Source: Chthonomonadales bacterium
GTDB lineage: Bacteria > Armatimonadota > Chthonomonadetes > Chthonomonadales > CAJBBX01
Length of the DNA: 64,000 nucleotides
Direction of reading: 5' to 3'
NCBI GenBank assembly: GCA_049967475.1
Contig: JBMFSQ010000002.1
Location: forward strand, 192,001-256,000
Positions 40,801 to 50,328 of this stretch are shown piece after piece. Position numbers and translations under genes: made by a program. A model generated the notes under the pieces. That model was not told the origin of the DNA. It saw only the letters and a program-made list of their open reading frames with translations, and did not search any database. Within the stretch, counting starts at the first letter, position 1, and each line of letters opens with the position of its first letter.

Positions 40801-41302
40801 CGGCGTGTCGAAAAAGACGCGCGAACCTATGGCCTTCCTCACGCTGGAAGATCTTACCGGTTCTGTGCCCGTAACGGTATTCCCATCGGCCTTCCGTGAA
40901 TTCGGCCGCTACGCTGCCCAGGATGCTGTAGTCCTTATCGAAGGAACCGTGTCCCGAAGAGAACGGGTGCGGGAGGACGAAGAGAGCGAAGGAGCTTTCG
41001 ATGTGGAGCTTCTGGCTGAGCGCATTCTGCCGTTGAATGGGCCCGGTAGCAACGGAAGCAACGGCAACGGCCAAAGGACTTCGAGTTCCCTGCACATCCG
41101 GCTGAACCAGAGCCACTGCCATCTCGTGCGCCTCGTGCGAAGCGCATTGGAGCAGTACCCCGGGACGGCTCCCGTGATCCTCCACATCGAAGCCGACGGC
41201 CGCGAACACCGCAAGCGAACGACATTGGCCGTGGATCCTTCCGAGCAAGTGAAGGATGCCGTGGCCCGCATTATCGGCCGAAGCGCCGTGTGGACCGAAT
41301 AG
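37826..41302 (+). CDS. dnaE: DNA polymerase III alpha subunit
   Basis: FVHLHTHSEFSLLDG PHP domain, RGSAAGS, PDIDMD, FNKAHS, OB fold. Confidence 0.97.
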   Translation: MAGPAFVHLHTHSEFSLLDGAARLDALVQRAADLGMDALALTDHGAMYGALDFYEKCRKKGIKPIIGVEAYITPGDLREKKGRTDKNAFHLLLLAENLAGYKNLLKLTTIAALEGFYYKPRIDHRVLEEHKEGIIVTSACLSGEVCSALLGGDYQKALAIAGSYRDLLGPDHYYIELQNHGLDRQKHCNDQLLKIARDLRLRVVCTNDVHYLEKTDSQAHDVLLCIGTGATVDDQNRLRYDADEFFMKSPQEMAALFPDCPEALEQTAEIAARCNVELEFGRAPMPAPGIPHGHTAQSYLREQALLGLERKIGNHPHKERYKQRLDYELGIIEQTGFAPYFLIVRDFAVFAREQGIFFGVRGSAAGSLASYCLDITDIDPVDYDLTFERFLNPERIQMPDIDMDFEDTRRDEVLQYVTRKYGEDHVAQIITFGTLAARAAIRDVGRALGMGLPQVNRIVSQIPTQPLHVTIGEALERNPELRQLYDRDAQVRRLLDTARRLEGISRHSSVHAAGVVICNEPLVEYTPLQRTADGGLVTQYPAGALERIGLLKMDFLGLINLSILARALKNIEQSRNLRVQIERLPLDDAKTFEMLGAGETTGIFQLESMGMRRWITELKPTSVRDLAALVALYRPGPMAHIPTFVRAKHGLERIQYPHERLKPILEETYGVIVYQDQVLRIAQAIAGFTLGQADVLRKAMGKKIKEEMARQRQRFIAGAQENGISRQKASEIFDLIEPFAGYAFNKAHSVCYAMLAYQTAYLKANYPVEYMAALLSCYMNKADKLASCMAECSRMRIPILPPDVNRSRDDFTPQGDAILFGLEAVKNVGRAAVEAILAARSAGGPFRSLQDFCRRTLQHGAVTRSTIEALIKCGAFHSIHPNRRALLEQLDAALQAASSAVRAEQEGQAQLFGADHDAHTSDATAPPVVPEFPEHELLALEKDLLGTYLSGHPLRRWRTRIEEKANASVASLAERKERDKVLVGGIITRVKAGVSKKTREPMAFLTLEDLTGSVPVTVFPSAFREFGRYAAQDAVVLIEGTVSRRERVREDEESEGAFDVELLAERILPLNGPGSNGSNGNGQRTSSSLHIRLNQSHCHLVRLVRSALEQYPGTAPVILHIEADGREHRKRTTLAVDPSEQVKDAVARIIGRSAVWTE

Positions 41303-41348
41303 GCCCGCTGCAGCGGGACACGTTGCCCCAAACGAGGCTCAAGATCCC

Positions 41349-41377
41349 TTGACAGCACCGTGTGCCTGTGATATACT
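41349..41377 (+). promoter_or_regulatory. Sigma70 promoter of second lacI
   Basis: TTGACA-17-TATACT, 9 nt before ATG. Confidence 0.75.
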
Positions 41378-41386
41378 TTCGTCGCT

Positions 41387-42475
41387 ATGGTTAACCGCAT
41401 AATCAAAGCGAGGAATACTCCCCGCCCGGCCACTCTTAAGGATGTGGCGGATATGGTGGGAGTATCCCAGGCGACGGTGTCTTACGTACTCAACGGCAAA
41501 GCCGAGGCGCGCATCAGTGAAGCCACTCGCCGCCGCGTTCTGGAGGCTGCCGCCCAACTGCGGTATCGGCCCAACGCCCTCGCAGTTGCCATGGCCCGCG
41601 GCCAATCGCGAACCATCGGCATCTACCAAACCCACGTAAGCGAATCTCCCCTCTCCGGAATGTGGGCAGCCCAAGTAACCCGCGGCATCGCCAATGCATT
41701 ACGGGATCTGGGATACCACATGCTCGTTTACAACTACCGCGAACCCAACGAGGTAGATCCCGTCACATTCCTTGATGGACGCACGGACGGCTTGGTGATT
41801 TTGGCGCCCCACGCTGAAGATGCGGTTCCCTGCCAGCTTGCTCAATTGGGTTTCCCCATCGCCATCATCGCGGGCTGGCCCGTAGACGGAGAGAAGGCTG
41901 TGTGCGTGGACACGGATAATGTAGCCGGAACCCGCATGGCCACGGCCTATCTGACCAACCTGGGCCACACCCGCATCTGCCATCTCGCCGGACCGCCGGA
42001 TGTGCCCAATGCTCAAGATCGCCTGCGGGGCTTCCAGGAGGCCATGGAAGAGCATGGCCTCGGAGATCAGATGCACATCGTGCAAGGAGGCTTCAGTGAG
42101 GCGGCAGGGTACGCTGCGGCTATGACGGCGCTGCACCTTCGGCCTAGGCCCACTGCGATCCTCGCCGCCAATGATATCGCCGCTCTGGGGACCCTCAAAG
42201 CATGCGCCGAACTAGGGCTGCGCGTACCCCAGGACGTGTCCGTTATGGGGTTTGACGACGCACCCATCTGCACTCTTACTCGCCCCACACTTACCACAAT
42301 GCGCCAGCCTGCAGCCGCTCTGGGCGCAGAAGCGGCGCGCCTCGTCATTGCCGTAGGATGCGGGGAACCGGCGGTACCTCGCGTGAAATTGCTGCCTCCG
42401 GAATTGATACCGAGAGGATCTACCGCCAGTCCAAACAGTCAACAAGGGGGTGATTGCCGGGAGAGCTCTTCGTGA
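41387..42475 (+). CDS. LacI-family transcriptional regulator
   Basis: TLKDVADMVGVSQATVSYVLN, YRPNALA, ANDIAALG, VPQDVSVMGFDD. Confidence 0.93.
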   Translation: MVNRIIKARNTPRPATLKDVADMVGVSQATVSYVLNGKAEARISEATRRRVLEAAAQLRYRPNALAVAMARGQSRTIGIYQTHVSESPLSGMWAAQVTRGIANALRDLGYHMLVYNYREPNEVDPVTFLDGRTDGLVILAPHAEDAVPCQLAQLGFPIAIIAGWPVDGEKAVCVDTDNVAGTRMATAYLTNLGHTRICHLAGPPDVPNAQDRLRGFQEAMEEHGLGDQMHIVQGGFSEAAGYAAAMTALHLRPRPTAILAANDIAALGTLKACAELGLRVPQDVSVMGFDDAPICTLTRPTLTTMRQPAAALGAEAARLVIAVGCGEPAVPRVKLLPPELIPRGSTASPNSQQGGDCRESSS

Positions 42476-42548
42476 AGCATAGTTCACGCCGCGTCCCGAA
42501 GCTGCGGCGATTTCGTATCCGTTGGCCTCGCAACCAAGGAGAAAGGAA

Positions 42549-43361
42549 ATGCGCAAGTTTCAAGGTTTCACCTTAATCGAGCTGCTTGTTGTGATCGCGA
42601 TTATTGCCATCCTGGCCGCGATCCTCTTTCCCGTGTTCGCCCAGGCGCGTGAATCGGCGCGGAGTGCAAGCTGCATCTCCAATCATAAACAGCTTGCCAA
42701 TGCAGCGATGATGTACGCGCAGGACTACGACGAAACCCTCACACCCGCCGGGATGCGCTATCCCCACGCCCCCACCCTTTGCTACGAGTGCGGCAACGAC
42801 CCCACATGCCTCACCTCCTCCTACTGGACAAACCCTCGCGCCTGGGTGGATTGGGGGCCCATGCTCATGCCGTACATCAAGAACGAGCAAATCTTCATGT
42901 GCCCCAGCAAACGAGAATGGGGATGCTGGGGATATGCCATGAACACCGATTCGTCGGATGACGACTTCCCTGGCCCGCCCTCCCCGCCAGGCGCCTTCCA
43001 GGATCACACCCCGCCGCTCATGCCCGCCGTGACGATGGCGTCGGTAGTCGCCCCGGCAGATTGCATCTTCCTCTACGACTCCCATGACTCCATCTTGGAA
43101 GATGCCCCAAATACCAGCTTCAGCGGTTCCGACGGACCCGACACAGAGGCTTGGGAAACGATGAACGCCTGGGTGCAGGCCGAGAAGGGCGGCATGCAGG
43201 TTCAGGAGTACGCCGAAGCACACGGCGTCAACTCACCGTGGCGGCACCGCCGAGGATTTAACGTGAATTACCTGGACGGACACGCCAAGTGGTTGCGGCT
43301 TACCCAGATCTTCCAGCACAACCTCAACATTCAGGATCAGGACTATCCCTGGATCGAGTAG
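42549..43361 (+). CDS. Prepilin-type DUF1559 protein with H-X9-DG C-terminal motif
   Basis: [29 protein letters not shown]...[24 protein letters not shown]. Confidence 0.92.
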   Translation: MRKFQGFTLIELLVVIAIIAILAAILFPVFAQARESARSASCISNHKQLANAAMMYAQDYDETLTPAGMRYPHAPTLCYECGNDPTCLTSSYWTNPRAWVDWGPMLMPYIKNEQIFMCPSKREWGCWGYAMNTDSSDDDFPGPPSPPGAFQDHTPPLMPAVTMASVVAPADCIFLYDSHDSILEDAPNTSFSGSDGPDTEAWETMNAWVQAEKGGMQVQEYAEAHGVNSPWRHRRGFNVNYLDGHAKWLRLTQIFQHNLNIQDQDYPWIE

Positions 43362-43382
43362 GTGCACGTCAAGGAGATCGCT

Positions 43383-43784
43383 ATGCCCGAAAAGCTCGTT
43401 GTTGGCGGCGGCGCCAGTGCGAAACCCGGCAGAAGCGGACCACCCAAGAAGGCCCCCAAGGCTGCCGGAATCCGCCGCGAAGTGCCCCAGGCGCTGCTGA
43501 TTGCCGTCATCGTGGTAGTCGTCCTCGCCCTTGGAGCAGGCGCCTACTACGTAATCAATGGCGGTTGGGCTACGCCTGCTCAGATGGAAGCGAAATTCCA
43601 GCACGAAACCTTCCCGCTGGTGGCTGCCAAGCGCGGCGATATGGAACCTCTTGAAAAAGAGAATGCCCGCCGGAAAGCGGCAGGATTGCCTCCGCTCCAA
43701 CTGAAGGAAGACCGCCACGAAAGCATGCAGCAAGCCAAGCAGAAGTTGCTGGAGTTGCAGCAGAAACTGGGCCCTTCCCACTAA
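43383..43784 (+). CDS. Small single-TM protein (prepilin companion) with coiled-coil tail
   Basis: AAGGAG RBS; RREVPQALLIAVIVVVVLALGAGAYY. Confidence 0.75.
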   Translation: MPEKLVVGGGASAKPGRSGPPKKAPKAAGIRREVPQALLIAVIVVVVLALGAGAYYVINGGWATPAQMEAKFQHETFPLVAAKRGDMEPLEKENARRKAAGLPPLQLKEDRHESMQQAKQKLLELQQKLGPSH

Positions 43785-43837
43785 CTCCACATCCGGCCAC
43801 GGTTACGCATCCCGTGGCTGCACAACCCTCCCGCAAC

Positions 43838-43883
43838 GGCCGCCCTTCTCTTATCCAAGGGCAGGGCGGCCTCTTTTTCGTTT
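43838..43883 (+). terminator. Rho-independent terminator
   Basis: GGCCGCCCT/AGGGCGGCC stem followed by TCTTTTTCGTTT. Confidence 0.7.
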
Positions 43884-43939
43884 GCCTTTTGCCCCCTCTT
43901 TGAGCCCATAATCTCTCATCCCACAGCAGGGAAGCCCGC

Positions 43940-45445
43940 ATGGCCAACCTCCTCCTGGCCCACGACCTAGGCACAACCGGCAATAAGGCAGTCCTCTTCC
44001 ATGACGACGGCCGCATCTTGGCCTCTGCATTTCGCCCCTATGCTACCCAGCGACCGCACGTGGGCTGGGCCGAACAGAACCCCCTCCATTGGTGGAACGC
44101 CGTATGCGAGACGACACAAGAGATCTTCCACCAGCATCCTGAGGCGCGGAACAGCGTAGCAGCCGTGTCTTTCAGCGCCATTATGAATGGCTGCTTGCTG
44201 GTAGATCGCCACGGCGATCCCGTGGGCCCAGCCATAATCCATGCCGACGTTCGGAGCGAGGCGGAGTGTAGGGCAATAGCGCATCTGCTGGGCGCCCGCC
44301 GCCTCTACGAGGCTACGGGACATCAGCCGTCTCCCCACTACACCCTCGGCAAACTCGCCTGGATCCTGCGCAACGAACCCCACGCTGTCCGACGCGCCGA
44401 GTGGTGCCTTCAGGCCAAGGACTATCTGGCGGGGCGTTTCACCGGAGTCTATGGGTTCACGGATCCCTCCGATGCCGCCCTCACCGGGATGTACGACCTT
44501 AGAGCAGGCACGTGGTTGGCAGACGCGCTGCAGGCGGCATCCATCCCGCCACGCATCCTCCCGCAAGTGGTCGCCTCGGCGACCGTGGTGGGCACGGTGA
44601 CGCAAGAGGCTGCCGCGGCAACAGGATTGGCTTCCGGCACTCCCGTTGTGCTCGGGGGAGGGGATGGAGCATGCGCCACAGTAGGAGCTGGGTGTGTGCA
44701 ACCCGGCGATGCCTACCACTATGTAGGGGGCACCTCTTGGATTGCATCTGTGGCTGCCGATTGGGTGCCGCACCCGCTGGGACACGTTACGGCCTTCCCT
44801 AGCCTCGTGCCCAATCAAATCGTCCGCTACGTTACGGTGCAATCCGCCGGCTCCTGCATCGAATGGGCTCTGGACCTTTTGGGGATTGCAGGCACAAGTT
44901 CCAGCCGGTATTCCTCCCTCGAAGAACTTGCGGACACGGCCGTACCCGGCAGCCGCGATCTCTACTTCCTTCCGTATCTGGAAGGCGCCCGCGCGCCGGT
45001 TTGGGACGCCAATGCACGTGGGGCCTTCATCGGCCTGACAGCCGCTCACACCCGTGCCGAGGTTGCCCGATCGGTTTACGAGGGCGTAGCTCTGGCGCTG
45101 GCAGCCGCCCTGGAAGATCTGAGCATCCCCGGCGAAGTGGTTCTCCGCGCGCTGGGCGGAGGCATGCGCAGCCGCCTTTGGAGGGAGATCTTCAGTGCAG
45201 TCTACCGCCGCCGCCTCCACGTGCTGGAGCGATTGTCGGAAGCTACGGCTTGTGGAGCCGCTGTGGCCGCAGGCATCGGCGTTGGGCTCCTGCCGTCTTG
45301 GGAAGAGGCACGCCGCTTCGCGCCGATTGCCTTCTCGACGGAGCCGGATGCACGCACCGCCGACGTGTACCGGTCGGCAGCGCTTTTCTTCCGCACCCTT
45401 TACCCGTCTCTGGCGCCGCACTTCGCCCAGCTCGCCCGCCGCTAA
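43940..45445 (+). CDS. xylB: FGGY sugar kinase, probable xylulokinase
   Basis: HDLGTTGNK, AEQNP, GGGDGAC, FLPYLEGAR; xylA nearby. Confidence 0.75.
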   Translation: MANLLLAHDLGTTGNKAVLFHDDGRILASAFRPYATQRPHVGWAEQNPLHWWNAVCETTQEIFHQHPEARNSVAAVSFSAIMNGCLLVDRHGDPVGPAIIHADVRSEAECRAIAHLLGARRLYEATGHQPSPHYTLGKLAWILRNEPHAVRRAEWCLQAKDYLAGRFTGVYGFTDPSDAALTGMYDLRAGTWLADALQAASIPPRILPQVVASATVVGTVTQEAAAATGLASGTPVVLGGGDGACATVGAGCVQPGDAYHYVGGTSWIASVAADWVPHPLGHVTAFPSLVPNQIVRYVTVQSAGSCIEWALDLLGIAGTSSSRYSSLEELADTAVPGSRDLYFLPYLEGARAPVWDANARGAFIGLTAAHTRAEVARSVYEGVALALAAALEDLSIPGEVVLRALGGGMRSRLWREIFSAVYRRRLHVLERLSEATACGAAVAAGIGVGLLPSWEEARRFAPIAFSTEPDARTADVYRSAALFFRTLYPSLAPHFAQLARR

Positions 45446-45903
45446 GGATGCGGGTTTTCAGGCCGGCGAAACGTCCAGTGTTTGTTGGCGAAGAAGTTCC
45501 AAAAGACCACAATCACCATTGCGGTGAGTGTGGCCGCAATGAACAGCGGCTTAGTGGGATGCTGCCCTTTCCACGTTCCCGTGCCGATGAAGAACACGGC
45601 CTTCATGATGGCCAGGTTCAACGCCCAGCCCACCACATTCACTCCAAAAAACATGGCGTACTGCTCGTGCCCGCTTCGATGGCCCACAGCCCGGAAGGTC
45701 CACCTCTGGTTCCAGATGAAGCCGTTGGTGACGGCCAGGCTAAAGGAGATCGTCTTCGCCAGCACCCACCACAAGTACAGGTGGAAGGTAAGGAACCACG
45801 ACACCCCGAAATCTATGGCGAAGCTCGAGGCGCCTACGATGCAGAACTTGATGAACTGCCTAAGACCGGGTTTGTTGAGCACTGCGGCGACGGTAGTTTC
45901 CAT
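45442..45903 (-). CDS. GtrA-family membrane protein
   Basis: QFIKFCIVG, NQRWTF, WNFFANKHWTF; start uncertain. Confidence 0.88.
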   Translation of the reverse strand: METTVAAVLNKPGLRQFIKFCIVGASSFAIDFGVSWFLTFHLYLWWVLAKTISFSLAVTNGFIWNQRWTFRAVGHRSGHEQYAMFFGVNVVGWALNLAIMKAVFFIGTGTWKGQHPTKPLFIAATLTAMVIVVFWNFFANKHWTFRRPENPHP

Positions 45904-46034
45904 GAACACCCAAAATCGGCGAAGAGTACATGCGGCTTCGGGCATCACTGCTGTATGAAGCGGATTATACCCCCGCGCGCCGCATTCCAACCCGGTGCGG
46001 CGATGCGGGCTGCAACTCACACGGAGGTTCTTCC

Positions 46035-47357
46035 ATGTTCGAACCCTCTCCCATGCCTTCTCTGTTGTGGCTTTGCCATGCAGCGCTCTTGCTGACCGTG
46101 GCAGCGGGCGCAACGTTTGCCGCAGCCCCCGGCCCGCAACCTGCTCATCCTTATGTGGACGTAACGTCCTTCGGTGCCCGTGGCGATGGAACTACCGATG
46201 ACACCGCTGCATTCCAGCGCGCCATGGACGAAGCCGCCAAATCGGGCGGAGGCACCGTACTGGCGCCTCGAGGCACCTATCTCTTCAAAGGGCATCTGGA
46301 CGTACCCAGCGCAGTGACCCTCCAGGGCATCTGGACGTCCGTCCCGTCGCACAACGGCATCCGCGACAAGGGCCTCCCTAAACCCACCGACGATGGTACC
46401 ACCTTTCTCGTAACGGAAGGGGCCGGCAAGGAAGATGCAGCGCCTTTCATCACACTGCATACCAACAGCACTCTGCGCGGCGTGGTTCTGTACTATCCCG
46501 CGCAGAAGCCCGACGACACGCCCGTGCCCTTCCCGTGGGCCATCGCCATGCGCGGCAAGAACCCGGCGGTTCTCGATGTGGAACTCCTCAACCCCTACAA
46601 TGGGATAGACGCTACTCAGAATGAACGGCACCTCATCCGCAACGTGTCGGGACAGCCCCTGCGTCGGGGAGTGATGGTAGACGCCATCTACGATATCGGC
46701 CGCATCGAGAATGTACACTTCAACCCATGGTGGAGCGTAGCGTCGAAGGTTCTGGACTATCAGATGAAGCACGGCGAAGCCTTTATCTTCGGCCGCACCG
46801 ATTGGCAGTACGTGCTCAACACCTTCTGTTTCGGCTACCATGTGGGATATCACTTTGTGCAGACACACAACGGCGTATGCAATGGGAACTTCCTGGGCAT
46901 CGGCGCCGATGACTGTGAGACATCGCTCGTAGTGGATCAGTGCGCTCCCTATGGCCTTCTCATCACCAACGGCGAGTTCGTGTCCTTCCACGGGCCGGAT
47001 CCAACCATGGTAGCTGTGGGCAGCGGGAACTCGGGCAGCATCCGGTTCGTCAATTGCGCCTTTTGGGGACCTTGCAATCAGATCGCCCGCATCTCGGGCC
47101 ACGGAACTGTCGGCTTCAGCGATTGCACTTTTGTGCAATGGGATCGAGCGGGAGAGGGTCGAGCGGCCCTTCGCGTGGAGAGCGGCAGTGTCCTCGTGCG
47201 GGGATGCGAATTCCGTGAGAACAAGCCCCAGGTGGAGCTTGGCGAGCATGTGCGCCGCGCGGTGATCACAGGGAACCTGTTCACGGGTTCGGCGCGCATC
47301 CGCAACGCATCCAGTGGAAGCGTAGTAATCGCCGATAATAGCACCAGCGAACGTTGA
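46035..47357 (+). CDS. Secreted right-handed beta-helix protein (Pectate_lyase_3/GH28-related N-terminus)
   Basis: VTSFGARGDGTTDDTAAFQRA...GGTVLAPRGTY. Confidence 0.8.
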   Translation: MFEPSPMPSLLWLCHAALLLTVAAGATFAAAPGPQPAHPYVDVTSFGARGDGTTDDTAAFQRAMDEAAKSGGGTVLAPRGTYLFKGHLDVPSAVTLQGIWTSVPSHNGIRDKGLPKPTDDGTTFLVTEGAGKEDAAPFITLHTNSTLRGVVLYYPAQKPDDTPVPFPWAIAMRGKNPAVLDVELLNPYNGIDATQNERHLIRNVSGQPLRRGVMVDAIYDIGRIENVHFNPWWSVASKVLDYQMKHGEAFIFGRTDWQYVLNTFCFGYHVGYHFVQTHNGVCNGNFLGIGADDCETSLVVDQCAPYGLLITNGEFVSFHGPDPTMVAVGSGNSGSIRFVNCAFWGPCNQIARISGHGTVGFSDCTFVQWDRAGEGRAALRVESGSVLVRGCEFRENKPQVELGEHVRRAVITGNLFTGSARIRNASSGSVVIADNSTSER

Positions 47358-47396
47358 GGCTCTAGGAAGGCCTTATGAACCCATGGGTCTGGCCGG

Positions 47397-47425
47397 TTGC
47401 CGCCTCAGACGCACTATGGTACATT
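47397..47425 (+). promoter_or_regulatory. Promoter of lipoprotein gene
   Basis: TTGCCG-17-TACATT with extended TG. Confidence 0.5.
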
Positions 47426-47553
47426 GAGATCGGGAACCTTGGCGTGCCGCACAAGGCGCCCTAAATAGGGTAAGGCTTCAAAATCAGGCGTTCGTTGACC
47501 GCATCTGCCTCGTTATGGGGCAGAGCGGATATCGCATAGGAGGAACCTGCAGT

Positions 47554-48981
47554 ATGAGAAGCCCATTTGCCGTGGTACTCTGTCTTGCGACCGCTGTCCC
47601 CTTCCTCGCCGGTTGCGGTGGAGGAGGGGGAGGAGGCGGTTACTCGGGCGGGCCGGTCACAGGCGTGTGGACTGGAAGCGTCAGCCCGTCAAGGTCCGCC
47701 TCACGTCAATCCACCGTGAACACCCTCGAGCTGGATTTTGTGCAGAACGGCACCAACCTCTCAGGCACAGCGCGTCTCATCAAACCCAACAGTCCCCCGC
47801 CCTTCGTCGGCAGCTTTACCGGGACGATTACAAACCCCGGCATCGGCGCCACAGTGGACATCACCATCACGTGGACGAGCGGAAACCAGGGGACCAGTCA
47901 GTTCCACGGTACCATCCAACCCGACGGCAGCCTCACCGGCACCTTGACGGGCAGCAATGCCGACGGCAATGTGAAGGTTACCAAGTACAATAAGGACACC
48001 CCCACCAACCTTGCATCCATGATCTTCAGTGGGTACTCCTCGGACGACGGATCTCAGTACAAGGATCCTTTGGGCTTCACCATCACCTCACAAGACGGCA
48101 ACATGATTTCGCTGGTCCTAGAGAATGACACCCAGGCCTCAGGGTACGTGCTGGGAGACCATGTAACGCTTACGGTTCCGGAAACCGACGGCACGAACTA
48201 CATTGACGGCACCCTCTCGGGCAACACCATCAGCGGGAAGTGGATGTGGGTTCCCTCCGGCTCCGGCCAGAATCGCACCGGCACCTTCACGGCAACCCGG
48301 GCGAGCGGGCCCGCTTCTGTAGAGGGAGTGTGGACGGGCGCCTTCTCCACCCGATCCGCAGGCACGGTGGAACTCGATCTTACCCGCAGCAACACTACCG
48401 TGGGAGGCGTCGCGCGCCTGATCATGGGGTCGGGCGTGTCTGCCACTGTGTGGGCCGGCCCCGTTACCGGCAAGGTTATGGGGAATACCCTCAGGTTTAC
48501 AACGACGTGGAACATCGGAACTCCGGGCGGGATGGAGGTAACCGTGCTCGCCGGGTCGGACGGCAAGCTTATGGGAACTTATGACCGCCTCGACCAAAAC
48601 GGCTCCTACGTGGAAACTGGAGACTTCGTCCTCTCCAAGGGTCCTGCCACGCCTAGCCTGGCGCCATACTACGCCGGGTACTACATCAATAGCGCCGACC
48701 CCAACAAAACGCACTATCCCGTGTCTTTCACACTGGGATCCCAGAACGGCAACGTCATCACCGGCACGACGCATTCCCAAGACCCCGACGGCCCGCATAC
48801 CAACACAGCCGAAGGGTTGATCATCGGCAACCACCTGATGATGAAGTTGACCGGAGGCGGGGGCAGTTCCACATATCTGGACTGCACTTTGAGCGGCCAG
48901 ACCATCAATGGAACCTGGTTCAACCCTGGGGACAATGTATCTGGAACGCTCGTTCTAACAGTAACGGTACAGCCCGAGTAG
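47554..48981 (+). CDS. Lipoprotein with internally duplicated beta-rich domains
   Basis: AGGAGG RBS, lipobox LAGC plus poly-Gly; two similar halves. Confidence 0.75.
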   Translation: MRSPFAVVLCLATAVPFLAGCGGGGGGGGYSGGPVTGVWTGSVSPSRSASRQSTVNTLELDFVQNGTNLSGTARLIKPNSPPPFVGSFTGTITNPGIGATVDITITWTSGNQGTSQFHGTIQPDGSLTGTLTGSNADGNVKVTKYNKDTPTNLASMIFSGYSSDDGSQYKDPLGFTITSQDGNMISLVLENDTQASGYVLGDHVTLTVPETDGTNYIDGTLSGNTISGKWMWVPSGSGQNRTGTFTATRASGPASVEGVWTGAFSTRSAGTVELDLTRSNTTVGGVARLIMGSGVSATVWAGPVTGKVMGNTLRFTTTWNIGTPGGMEVTVLAGSDGKLMGTYDRLDQNGSYVETGDFVLSKGPATPSLAPYYAGYYINSADPNKTHYPVSFTLGSQNGNVITGTTHSQDPDGPHTNTAEGLIIGNHLMMKLTGGGGSSTYLDCTLSGQTINGTWFNPGDNVSGTLVLTVTVQPE

Positions 48982-49020
48982 CGTCTTACCTGCCCTTCCG
49001 GCTGCACAGGAGAACCCTCA

Positions 49021-49055
49021 AGGGGCCGGCGCGATCGGTGCGCCGGCCCCTCTTT
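49021..49055 (+). terminator. Probable terminator hairpin
   Basis: AGGGGCCGGCGC/GCGCCGGCCCCT 12-bp stem followed by CTTT. Confidence 0.6.
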
Positions 49056-49139
49056 GGCGGCGGCACGCAGGAGATCGCGGTCCTTTCACCGAAACCCATA
49101 CGCACACGCATTCGACAACACCCGTCTGAGAGGTACGCC

Positions 49140-50309
49140 ATGGCTGATTACACGCCGCAGAAAACCGACAAGTTCACCTTCGGATTGTGGACCGTGGGGA
49201 ACCGCGGCCGCGATCCTTTTGGCGAAGCCACCCGAGACGCCCTGAGCCCCATCCGCATCGTTCAGAAGCTCTCCGAATTGGGAGCCTACGGCGTCAATCT
49301 TCACGATAACGACCTCGTGCCCATTGACGCCTCCGCCTCCGAGCGCGACCGCATCGTTCGGGAGTTCAAGAAAGCACTGGACGACACCGGCATGAAGGTT
49401 CCCATGGCCACCACCAATCTCTTCTATGACCCGATCTTCAAAGACGGTGCCTTCACCAGCAGCGATGCCAAGGTGCGCGCCTACGCCGTTCAAAAGACGA
49501 TGCGGGCCATGGACCTCGGAGCAGAACTCGGCGCCGAGGTGTACGTGTTTTGGGGCGGCCGAGAGGGTGCAGAGGTAGACGCCGCCAAAGATCCCGTGGA
49601 GGCACTCAAGTGGATGCGGGAGTGCATCAATTTCCTCATCGGGTACAACAAGCATCAGGGATACAACCTCAAATTCGCCCTGGAAGCCAAACCCAACGAA
49701 CCCCGCGGCGACATCTACCTCGCCACCACAGGCCACATGCTTGCCTTCATCGAGACGCTGGATGACCCATCCATGGTAGGCGTCAATCCCGAAGTGGCCC
49801 ACGAGACGATGGCCGGCCTAAACTTTATGCACTCCGTGGCCCAGGCGCTGGCCGCAGGCAAGCTCTTCCACATTGACCTCAATGCCCAAAAGCCCGGTCG
49901 CTTCGACCAGGACCTGCGCTTTGGCCAGGAGGACGTAAAGGCCGCCTTCTTCCTGGTGATGCTGCTGGAGAACGGCGGATACCAGGGCTCGCGTCACTTC
50001 GATGCCCATCCCTTGCGAACAGAAGGCGAAGAGGGCGTGTGGGAGTTCGCTCGCGGGTGCATGCGCACCTACCTCATCCTGAAGGAAAAGGTGCACCGCT
50101 TCAACACCGATGCGGAGATCCAGGGTCTTCTGCACGCCCGCAAGGCCGATCCGGACGGGCTGGCCGCGGTCCTGGCAGCAGGTTACTCTCCCCAGGCGGC
50201 CCAGCGCATCTCGGCCTTGCAGGTAGACCGGCTCGCCTATGGACGCAAGGACCTAGGGTTGGAGCGGATAGACCAGCTCACCATGGAAGTGCTCTTGGGC
50301 GTGCGATAG
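49140..50309 (+). CDS. xylA: Xylose isomerase (short, Streptomyces/Thermus-type)
   Basis: [43 protein letters not shown]. Confidence 0.96.
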   Translation: MADYTPQKTDKFTFGLWTVGNRGRDPFGEATRDALSPIRIVQKLSELGAYGVNLHDNDLVPIDASASERDRIVREFKKALDDTGMKVPMATTNLFYDPIFKDGAFTSSDAKVRAYAVQKTMRAMDLGAELGAEVYVFWGGREGAEVDAAKDPVEALKWMRECINFLIGYNKHQGYNLKFALEAKPNEPRGDIYLATTGHMLAFIETLDDPSMVGVNPEVAHETMAGLNFMHSVAQALAAGKLFHIDLNAQKPGRFDQDLRFGQEDVKAAFFLVMLLENGGYQGSRHFDAHPLRTEGEEGVWEFARGCMRTYLILKEKVHRFNTDAEIQGLLHARKADPDGLAAVLAAGYSPQAAQRISALQVDRLAYGRKDLGLERIDQLTMEVLLGVR

Positions 50310-50328
50310 CGCTTCAGGAGGATGTTTT

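Noticed and set aside
37826..41302. Intein or frameshift in dnaE
   Set aside because: Normal length of about 1160 aa, continuous motifs, no intein signature seen.
47360..47450. c-di-GMP-II riboswitch resemblance (GGAA...ATGAA...GGTCTGG)
   Set aside because: Lacks the GGGCAC/GTGCAACC pseudoknot elements and overlaps the predicted promoter.
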